Source: Tricharina praecox (lineage: Eukaryota). From it: a stretch of 64,000 bases of DNA. Location: the NCBI RefSeq assembly GCF_024521635.1, contig NW_026250440.1, forward strand, positions 1-64,000, given 5' to 3'. Below are positions 14,050 to 24,300 of the stretch, piece after piece; positions within the stretch are counted from its first letter, which is position 1, and every line of letters starts with the position of its first letter. The position numbers and the translations under genes are program-made. The notes under the pieces were generated by a model. It worked only from the letters and a program-made list of their open reading frames with translations. It ran no database searches and was not told the DNA's origin.

Positions 14050-14185
14050 CATGCGGAGCGCGTCGCCTTGGCAAGCAAGGGACCGCGTAAAGCACAAAAA
14101 AATCGCGCCCCACGGAGCATCACTCGAGGCGTTTGCCGCAAACTCTGTGGATAAAAGGCCGGTCGCGGTGGCCACTCGCGTAATT
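14050..14185. promoter_or_regulatory. Cluster of CGCG(T) MCB-like elements in the MCM4/UTP18 divergent promoter
   Basis: agcgcgtc, accgcgtaaa, atcgcgcc and ctcgcgtaa lie within ~130 bp upstream of MCM4, consistent with MBF-type G1/S regulation (inference). Confidence 0.4.
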
Positions 14186-14362
14186 TATGATTCTTCCATG
14201 GCACCAAGTAAACTCTGGCCGTGAGTGGGGGCCATGTGCAAGGTGAGTGAGCAGCAATGAAGCAGAGCCGCTCTGTGTCTTAAAATTTTTTTTACTTTGT
14301 TAAACTGCCCAACGCCCACCACGAACATCACAATCACCGCTTCCCAACACCACACATTCACA

Positions 14363-16176
14363 ATGGCTCGGAAATCCAAAGTCAAGAAGAACCAGACCGA
14401 CGCGACTACGGCCGTCCTCGCTACGGCCGATATATTGCCCACAAACAGTGAAGATGCGCCGCCGCCAATGGACGCGGAGGAGGAAGAGCTCGAAAGGCTT
14501 GTCTTCGGCGATGTCGCAGGTTTCAAGTCTGGGTTAAAGGTGCTCGATTACGAGTCAGAGGAGGACGGTGAGCTGTTGGATGCGAACGTCCGTGGTGGAA
14601 ATTCTGCTAGTAAGGGACAGGACATTTCTGCTCTTCTGGACGATCAGGTAGGTTGTACTTCTTTCCGGGACTGGGACGGAGGCTTATGCAGATTTTATAG
14701 TTGTTTTTTGTTGATGCGGGCAACGATATGGCGCTCACGCGCCGAGACACGGACGGAGATGTGGAGATGGTATCAATAGGCAGCGGCGCACAAGCAGTTC
14801 CCGAAGAAGCCGACGAACCACCAGCATGGGAGGACAGCGACGACGAAAAGATGATGATCTCACTTGCATCGCACGCCCGCAATCGCAAGCTTCGCGATAC
14901 GGAAGCCGACGATTTCGTGACCGGCAAAGAGTACTCACAACGCCTCCGGCGGCAATTCGAGCGCATTTACCCAGTGCCAAAATGGGCCCGCCCGCCCAAG
15001 GCTGACACCAAGCGTCGTCGGCTTTCAGACAGCGAGGAGTCAGAATCAGACTTGGAAATAGATATTGATGCCGACAGCACTACCTCTCTCTCTGCGCCTC
15101 CGCTCGCGGCGCTCCTCTCCTCCTCCGCGGACCTGACCCTCTCCAAGCTGTCGCAGAAAGCACACAAGCTCCGGCCAGAGGTTATCGATATCGCCCGCCT
15201 CGTAGACGCCAATGTCGCCGCGCCCTCCAAGTCCGCGATTCAATGCCTCTCTTTCCACCCTACCCACCCGCTTCTCCTCACCTCCGGTCTCGACTCCACC
15301 ATGCGCCTTTACCACATCGACGGCAAAATCAACCCCCTCGCCTCCTCCCTTCACATCCGTCAGTCCGCTCTACAAACCGCACTGATCCACCCCTCCGGTA
15401 CCCGCATTGTCGCCGCCGGTCGCAGAAGATACTTCCACTCGTGGGACCTGGAGTCTGGAACTGTGGAACGAGTGACCCGAGTTTACGGACACGAGGGCAA
15501 CCTGCACAGCATGGAGCGCTTCAACCTCTCGCCGGATGGAAAACACATCTCGTTCATTGGCTCCAAGGGCACGGTCCAGATTCTCGATGCGGTCTCGAGC
15601 CAGTGGATAGCCACCGCCAACGTCGAGGGACTAGTCGCCGACATCTCCTGGCACCCCAGCGGTGAGACTCTTTCCATCGCCAACACTGTCGGAGAGGTCT
15701 ATGAGTACTCACTCCCCACTCGCTCGTTCTCCGCCGTCTGGCGCGACGAGGGTGGTGTTTCCACCACTTGCATCTCCAACTCCCCCCTCGGGGCCCGCTT
15801 CGTAGCAGTTGGTAGCGCCTCAGGTGTGGTGAATATCTACGACCGCCGCGTTTCCTTTGGCGGGAAGGGCCCGGGTGCGCTGGGAACAGCGACAGATCCG
15901 AAGCCTGTCAAGACGGTGGAGAGTCTAGTGACCAGTATTAGCACACTTGAGTTCTCGCGTGATGGTCAAGTGCTCTGCATTGCTAGTAAGAACAAGAAGG
16001 ATGCGCTGAGACTGGTCCATCTGCCTAGCTGCACGATCTATAAGAACTGGCCGACGTCTGCAACGCCGCTAGGGAAGGTTACTGCTGTCAAATGGAGTGG
16101 TGGGAGTGGAGGAATGGTTATGGCCGTGGGCAATGAGCAAGGCAAAGTCAGGCTATTTGAAGTTAGGGGATCATAG
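14363..16176 (+). CDS. utp18: U3 snoRNP WD40 protein UTP18; exons 14363-14647, 14701-16176
   Basis: EEEELERLVFGD, LFFVD, PAWEDSDDE, LRRQFERIYPVPKWA, WD40 repeats, LRLVHLPSCTIYKNWPT. Confidence 0.95.
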
Positions 16177-16348
16177 AAGATGTAATTGTCAATTCCATAG
16201 CCCTCTGTCCGTAGTTATATACCTGTAAATATTCCACCAAAAGCACTCCTTCTTCACCTACCTCACTAGTGTGGCACCACCCTGCATCAACATCACGCCC
16301 AAACGCGTCTCCCCAACTCACGACCACCAACCAAACCACACGCACATC

Positions 16349-17170
16349 ATGTCCTCCCCTCCACTCACGGTCCATCCATTATACAACACGACCTACACCC
16401 TACACGCCCTCACATCCCTCTACAAATTTCCCGCCCTCACCGCAGCAGCCCTAAAACCGCACTCCCGTCGCCTCCTCCAGCGCCTCCGCGGCGACTCCCT
16501 CCGCGGCGTGACCCTCCCAACGAACACCACAGACCCCTCCCTCTCGCGCGCGGGCAAGCTCCTCTCAGTCACCTGGCTGCCGCTGCACCCCGAGCCCCCG
16601 GCAACCCGCGGCGTTCACATAGAACTCACCTATGAGTCGGCCTCCTACACCGCGCTCCTAATCGGCAGCGACAGCGGCCCCGCAGAGCCCGAAGGCTTCA
16701 TGCGGCTCCCGCTGCTGATGAGCCGCATGCCCTCGCTGCTGCGCGAAACGCTGCTGTCGTATCTCACCACCACGTTCGATATCCTCGTGCTACCTGTCGC
16801 GCTGGAGGACGAGCTGCTGCGGCGCGCACTGGACATGTATGTGGACTGCCTTGAGGGCGGCGGCGGGAAGAGTGTCGTTATGGCATTTGCTCCGACGGAG
16901 GGGGAAGGGTTGAAGAGGGTGGAGATCACGATTGAGGCTGCGGATGTGGGCGGTTTTTGGCAGAGGAGGGGGGAGGGCGGGTTTTTGGAGGCGCTGGGGA
17001 GACATTGTCTCGATGCTATGGGCTTGAGGTTGGAGGAAGTTGCATTGGTGAAGGTTGCGACAGGCGGGTTTGTACTGGCAGCTGAGGGGAAAGGGAAGTT
17101 CTTTGAGGGGGAGGCGGGGAGTGAGGTTTTGGGTGTGGTGTTGGCGGCGGCAGGGAGGGAACCAAGATGA
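16349..17170 (+). CDS. fta1: Kinetochore Sim4-complex subunit Fta1 / CENP-L-like
   Basis: N-terminal LYNTTYTLHALTSLY...RRLLQRLRGDSLRGV and central LPLLMSRMPSLLRETLLSYLTTTFD resemble fungal CENP-L proteins. Confidence 0.75.
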   Translation: MSSPPLTVHPLYNTTYTLHALTSLYKFPALTAAALKPHSRRLLQRLRGDSLRGVTLPTNTTDPSLSRAGKLLSVTWLPLHPEPPATRGVHIELTYESASYTALLIGSDSGPAEPEGFMRLPLLMSRMPSLLRETLLSYLTTTFDILVLPVALEDELLRRALDMYVDCLEGGGGKSVVMAFAPTEGEGLKRVEITIEAADVGGFWQRRGEGGFLEALGRHCLDAMGLRLEEVALVKVATGGFVLAAEGKGKFFEGEAGSEVLGVVLAAAGREPR

Positions 17171-17611
17171 CGGCTAGTACTAAACTACGGACGATATATC
17201 TGGAGACAGGCGAATGGCGTTCCATGCAATACCGTTTATACAAGGCACAAAGATCGCACGAGATGATAGCGATGAAGTATTCAGTAAGTAAGCAGTATCA
17301 TTCAGCGGCCACAGGACTTTTGCCTAGAAGCCGAACAGGAAAAAGCACAAATCCGCGATACCAAGGTAACAAAGGTTCGAAGGACAGAAAAGCAGCAAGC
17401 AAAGCAATCGTAAAGATCAAACGCCGTGGAAATCACAACAAAGCCCTCCCTCCCAATGCTTCAAAGCAGTCTGAACAGGAAATGCCGAATTGCCGAATTG
17501 GTTCCAAAGAAAGAGACGAGCACGGACGAACGCAGGGCCGAAATGAAACAACGACTATGACTCGTCAAAAGGCAACGGGTCGTGCGTCGAGGGCGAAGCG
17601 GTAATAGCCGG

Positions 17612-18298
17612 TTAGTCGATACCATGCTGTCTCTTCGCCTTTTCTAGGTTCTCTTGACGTCTCTGGAGGTCACCTTCCGCGCGGGCCATCTTCTCGGGCT
17701 GGTGATATAATACTGTTCAGACGAAGAGTAGTCAGCAACCACGATCATCAACGGAGCAAAGAAGATGAGCCGAACTAACCAACGAGGTAGCGATTCTGGA
17801 AATTAAAACCGTTGAGCTTGTCGCAAGCGGTTTTTGCGTCCATTACGTCCTCATAGACGACGAATGCAGTTCCCTTAGTGTTGTTGGCTATGCCTTGGCG
17901 GATTTGTCTACGCGTGAGAGTCAGTCACGGCCCATCTTGTGGAGGAGTTTATGCGTTGCCATTCACCATCCACATCGCGGAGTGGAATGAAAGTCGGGTA
18001 CGTACCGGATAGGACCGAACTTGCCGAAGAGATCAAAGAGTTCCTCGGAAGAGACGTTGTAGCTGTAGACAATTAGCCGTGAGACTCGACGACAATGGAG
18101 GACGTGATCTGCATCGCTACTGAGGGGACGGGACACGACGACGGCAGGATGTATGTGCGACACGCGTATCATCCGAGATGACACAGTGCTTGGATGGCGG
18201 GAAGAGAAGCGCGACAGACGGACAGACGGACAAACGGACCTCAGGTTCTTGACAAAGAGAGCTCTCTGGACTTCGGGCGCAAGTTTGCCCCTGTTCAT
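17612..18298 (-). CDS. sf3b6: Pre-mRNA branch-site protein p14 (SF3B6/SF3B14); exons 18298-18240, 18062-18006, 17907-17780, 17712-17612
   Basis: Spliced [89 protein letters not shown] is the p14 RRM. Confidence 0.96.
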
Positions 18299-18867
18299 AT
18301 CTCGGCGATGCTGGTAATAGAAGGTTGCAAAGGAAAATGGTTGGAGTTGTAGTACGGGAAGTGTGTTGTGGGGATGTGGGATGTGGGGAGGAGAACCCTT
18401 GTGCGAAGGTTGTTGAGTTGGGGAAGATTGGAGCGAATGGATGGCGAAGGAGACACGGGAAGTTGATCGGAGGAATGGTGTTGCGAGTCAGTCTAGATCA
18501 AATCAGATCGATCGTCAGATAATCACGTGGCCTGATGCGGGAATTTTCAAATGTGTCAGGGCATGCGATGGCTGCTACACGGATAGTTACGTCATCGTGG
18601 GGGAGCTGCATAGCCGTCGGCAGGTCACGAAACGGACAAGATGGTTAACGAGAACGAGAGCTTAACAGGTCCTTCATAAAGCACACCAAGATCCCTTTCT
18701 TTTACATTGAAGCCACTTAACGAAACCGATCTGCTTATTCTTGCCCGTTGACCTACTCCTTTTACTAGTTATCGCCTTAGAATTAGCATCATCTATCTCA
18801 AAGTACTCTATTGGTACCTACTCTGCGCGCATTTACCAGTTGCTTCTTCCCAGATACTCGTTCAGCG

Positions 18868-20945
18868 ATGACAGATACATTACCAGAACCAGCCCCGTTG
18901 GCTTCAGCTGCGCAACAATGCTCACCCGAATCGGAGAAGGATAAGGCGGAGGAGGAGCGACGGGCCCGAGCTGCAATGAGCATACAGGTACGGCATGCTC
19001 TTGGTGAAGCTCCGGCCAGAGCTAAATGAAGGGACTAGAGACACTATCGTGGGCATAAAGAACGACGAGAGATGAATGGCATGTGTCTGACGCCAGATCA
19101 GCGTTGGACTGAGGTTATTGCTTCGCTCTCCTGATATTCCGGGACTGTTGGTAACAGCTATTCCTTGAGCAGGCAGTGGCAGATGCTCGTTGGCGGACGA
19201 CTGCAGACGTCCCTTCCCATGGCAGTGAGACCGAGCAGAAACCGGGGAAGTATGCTTGGAATAAGGCGGTGAAAGTCGCCATGAGGGTTGGTCCAGAGGT
19301 CAACAGCCTTGGGTGGTCCTAATGAGTCTCATTCCGGCAGGTTCAACACGACGACCCGGACCACGATCAGAAGAGTGGCGATGAACGGGAAGAAGAGCAT
19401 GACGGGAAGAGAATTGTCAAGCGGCGGAAGGAAGAACAAAATATGACGACAATGGACATGCAGTAAGTCCTCCTTCGGTCGTCGGCAATCCACCTACTGA
19501 GCAGTTGTCAACAGATATTTTTTGGAAATGGTTGACGGTGGGTGATCTCTACCCCAGTACCTAGTTTAGCGATAGCCTTCTAACCATTGTTCTATCATGA
19601 TTAGTGAAGGTGGGCAATATCCGGTCTTGTCGTGAGCAACCACTCATGTAGATTCAGCATCGACATGGCCATAACCTCCGGGCATATCATGAGTTCTGGA
19701 GGCAGCAAGACACCAAAGAGAATTTTTTCCGTTGGTTAGATTACGGCGAGGGCAGGAAAGTAAACCTCAATGCAGTCCCTCGAGAAACATTAGAACGTGA
19801 GAAAGTTCGTTACCTCTCACTGGAGGAAAGACAAGCATATCTAGTCAAAGTTGACGAGGTATGTTACCAACTTCCCGTCAGAGGACTCATATTGACGAAC
19901 ATGAAAGGATGGCCGTCTTTGCTGGGCCAAGAACGGCCAGAGAATCGACACCACAGCTGAATATTCTGACAGCAGACAAGGTGATTGATACTTCCTAGCC
20001 TCCTACAGAATGACCATGTTGAACAACCATAGGTATCGTTCCTTCGGATCACCCAGAAGCGTTCCACCATTATCATCCGGACAGAGATGAAGCTATGTGT
20101 CGATCATCCAGCTCTTCGTCTTCGTCTTCGATCTCGTCATCATCATCCGAGTCCGAGTTATCGGACGAGAATGATCCAGCAGATTCAAATCTAGGGAAGA
20201 ACTTCCACGTATCATCAGCGGTGATATTCAACCGGCTCCTCCGCAAGACCATAAGGAAAAATACTTGGATCTTCGTAGCCGACACCTCCCTACGACTGTA
20301 CTATCCCGATTCCGATCCCCTCAATATCTAGGTTATCAATCATCTGACCGCCCTATAGGTACGTCGGAATAAAACAATCAGGCACCTTCCAACACTCGAG
20401 CTTCCTCCATGGCGCACGAGTCCGAGCCGCGGGACTAATCAAGATCAAGGACGGCAAGGTGCGAAGCCTTAGCCCACTATCCGGTCACTACCGGCCGGCG
20501 CCCTCGCAGTTCCGAAGTTTCTTAAAGTCTCTCCAAGATACTGGAGTGGATCTGAGTGGTATTGCCATTACGAGGAGTTATGCCATTCTAGTCGGTCTGG
20601 AGGCGTACAGCAATTATAAGAAGGGCAAGAAGAAGATTAAGAGTGTGTCGAAGAAGGTGGTGGATAAGGCGACGCCGTCAAGTCATGGTCACGGCCATGG
20701 TGGAAAGGGGGAGAAGAAAAGCGGTGGGATAGTGTCTGGTGAGGAGCAAGCAATGGGAGAAGGAGAAACACAGTGTCAAGCAGATGCCTATAAACCGCCG
20801 GATGAATTGCATGGACCCAGAGAGGACGATAAACTTGTTGAGAGGCTTTTGCATGGCGTAAGTAGAGTTCCACTGAACATGGCTTTAGAACACACGTAAG
20901 CTGACATGTGAACAGTCAAGAGAGCCCAAAGTTGAACCTGCCTGA
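18868..20945 (+). CDS. IQ calmodulin-binding motif protein (IQM-like), multi-exon
   Basis: Spliced AAMSIQ/RHYRGHKERR IQ motif, YFLEMVDVKHRHGHNLRAYHEFW...FFRWLDYGEG, VRYLSLEERQAYLVKVD, WIFVADT, FQHSSFLHGA...SPLSGHYRP. The last exon (20916-20945) is inferred; unspliced, the ORF stops at 20899. Confidence 0.85.
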
Positions 20946-21281
20946 TTGATGTTGTATTTCTGCTCGATATCTGTTCTTTTTCTTTGGCTGTACTGGGGAC
21001 TGTATACTTTTTAGATCTATTGAATAGTGTATGATACGGCGATGACAATGAGTGTCCTGCCAACTCCGTTTCGATCACTGTGAATCATTCGTTGTTGTTG
21101 TTGTTTTCGGATGTCACTGGAACACGGATCACGGAACACGTGAAGGGAGCACGGTGTCTTGGAAGTTGGGGGTTGTAGCCACCGCGTTATTCGCGTCTTC
21201 CCGATCCCTGCATGACCAATCTAGCCGGACATGACCCACGACTCAACTCCCCCCGTTTCACGACCGACGACTCCACCTTAC

Positions 21282-21330
21282 ACGACTCACCACTCACGGC
21301 CGACGACTCACCACTCACGGCCGACGACTC
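21282..21330. repeat. 21-bp tandem repeat (acgactcaccactcacggccg) x2.3, with degenerate copies across 21238-21360
   Basis: Directly visible upstream of the REV1 ATG. Confidence 0.8.
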
Positions 21331-21396
21331 TACCACGTACAAATCACGGCCGGCGACTCAACCCACACTTTATGCGCCTAACGGCTTTATCCCATC

Positions 21397-24300
21397 ATGA
21401 CCTCTCGCCGGCGTGCCCCATCCACGAAGCAGCCCCCGCCCGTCACGTCCTTCTCACCGACCGGTGAAGAATACGATGCCTCTACGTTCGGTGGTATCGG
21501 CGACTACATGCGGCGGAAGCGGATCAAGCTCCAGAATCAAGACTCGCTCAGGCGCAACGACACGATCCCGCAGATCTTCACAGGCCATGTCATGGCCGTC
21601 CTTGGCTATACAAATCCGAACCCGAGTATCCTTCGGCAGATCGTCGTTATGCATGGCGGGGTCTGGCGGGATTTTAAGGATGGCGGGTTGACGATGGTTC
21701 TTGCGACTGCATTGCCGATCAAGAAGGAGGAGGAACTGATGGGGAGGTATAAATTTGCTACGCCGGATTGGGTGCTCGAGTGTGTTAAGCAGCAAAAGAT
21801 TGTGGCATGGTCGAATTATAGCCTATCAAGGAGGAGTGAGGGACAGACCACATTGGGATTTGCCCGGAAGTCGCAGACGCCGAAGGTGAACTCGAGTTCG
21901 GCCTACCGGGAGGAGCTGGTGAAGTTCGCGCTCGATATTATCAAGACGACCCCGCAGAAAGGTCCGGAGTGGGAGATTCCGGATTCAGATCATGAGGGTG
22001 GCCTCGAAAATGAGCGGGAGGGACTGGAGCACGGGAGTGCATATTCAGGTCAACTACCGGAACCATTACACGGAAAGGGAGATCGGGCGCCGCCATCTGG
22101 ACAGACGCCGGCGAAGGAGCATTCCGAGGATTTCGAGGAAGATTACTTTGATGACATCGATGAGGATACACTGTGGATGGAGGATCCGGACGGGCAAATA
22201 GCACCACCTAGCCATCAGCCGACGACGAGGCACAAACGTAACTTTTCGGAAATGGAGGAGGAGGAAGATGAAGAGGAGGCAGACGTTGTATGCCTTATAC
22301 CAATAGGAGACACTATTGGGGTTGCAGATGCACCGCTCAGCGATCCTCCTCGACCACCATCCCTTAAACCTGAGCCCGAGTCCGAGTCCGAGTCCGAGTC
22401 CGAGCTTGAATGTTCACGACCTCCGCCTGTAGATAAGATCAACGGCGCGGACGCCTACACCGTAGAAGCACTCATAGGAGAGAAGAAGACGGGCAAGAGC
22501 AAGCGCACCAGGATAAAATTCCTGGTCAAGTGGCAGGGCTACGATGAGAGCGAGGCTACATGGGAGTGGGCGGATACTCTGCGAGCTGATCTAGGTTCCG
22601 ATGTAGTAGACGAAATGCTGGAGAAATATCGACAGACGAAGACTCCCAAAAGATCTCAGTCGGCGAAGCGGAAACGGGCCAGCACCCAGAAAACGTCACA
22701 GAGATCGAAGAAGCGGGCGACATCGACGCAGAAAACTCCCACTAGATCGCAGCAGAAGATGATCTTTTCACAGATTACGAAGCCGTCAAGCCAGAGCTCG
22801 AATAAGGAGAGCATTAGAAACAAGACGGCTCCTAAGGAACCGGCGATTCAGCCCTCTCGACATACGGCGGTGCAGAAGATCGTTCAAGAGACACTGGTTC
22901 CGTCCCCTCCAAGCCCGGTGATAGAAGAGCCTCTTCAACCTCCAGCAGCGGAAGAAAAGGTGTTACCAACCGGGTTTAGCTTCATGAGTTTTTCGACCGT
23001 GTGTCTTTCGGACTCCGGAAGCAGTCAAGGTAGGCATTTACAGACTGTAGAAGATATCTCGCCAGATTTCCCATCCACGAAAGGCTATTTTTCCGATGGC
23101 AAACTGCCAGCTGTTGTCGGTGATATGGCGGACGAAGACGAGGAAGCAAGGCTTCTACTGTCCTACCAAGTCGTCGAAGCGGCAACGGCGAAAGAAGAGT
23201 CAGCAGAGTTCGCGCAACTTTCCCAGGCTACGGAGGTGACGGTGGAAGATGGAGCAGCTGATCCGCCGACGTCCTATCAAGCCCCTGCCGTTACTGAAAA
23301 TGAGGTCATCAAAGACGGCCCAACGGAGCTTCTGCAGCTTTACCAAGCTATTGAAGATGCGACGATGGACGAGGAGGAAGCCTCGAAACCTCCAGAGTCC
23401 TACCAGATGCCAGCCATCGCCGAAGAAGTGATTCCAGAAGGAGAAGCATCCAAGCTCCTATTGTCTTACCAAGAGCCCGTCCTCGGGAATGAGGTAGCGT
23501 GGGAAGGAAAGAACGAAGCAGATATTCCGCCTTCCTACCAGGTGCCTGTGATTGCTGAAGCAGCAGAGTGTTCGCTCGCTCTCGAGCGGCAAGGTACCCA
23601 AGAATTGCTGGAGATACCGGACTCCATCTCGAGAGTAAACCTTACGAGTGGCATTCTATCACAAGAAGAACAAAAAACACCTCCCTCGTCGCCTCTTTCT
23701 GCGAAGACTCCCAAACAAGCAAGCCAGAAGTGCCCAGCCCCCACCGAATCACCTCATCTGCCCTCAAAGCAGATGAAGTATGCAGATGCGGATATTTCCC
23801 CAGAAAAGACGCCGGTTCTTGCCGTTTCCCTTAAAGCCCCGTCCGGCGTAGACAGAACGGTCATGATGAGGGAAGCCAGAACCCCCGAAGAGTTCAACGA
23901 AGCCTTCCTTTCAGACCCTCGAGTCCGCAACGCGTCGGTTCTCAACCCGGATTTCCTTGCTACATTTTTCAAGGAATCTCGTCTGCATTACCTCTCGACA
24001 TCGAAAGCCGAACTTCGCTCCAGATTGCAAAAATTGGAACAGAAATTTCCCCGGCCAACGCCTCCGAAGAACAGAGCTACTAGATATGTCATGCACGTAG
24101 ATTTCGACTGCTTCTTCGCCGCAGTATCTACACGTGACCTTCCAGACCTGAAGGATAAACCGGTCGCCATATGCCACGGACGGACGGAGAAAAGTATGAC
24201 ATCGGAGATTGCATCTTGCAACTATGCGGCCAGGGCATTCGGCGTCAAGAACGGCATGTGGATGGCCAAAGCCAAGGAGTTGTGTCCGGATATCGTCACT

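Noticed and set aside
18063..18239. Long first intron of sf3b6 as a possible snoRNA host
   Set aside because: Only a partial box C-like motif and no properly placed box D or ACA.
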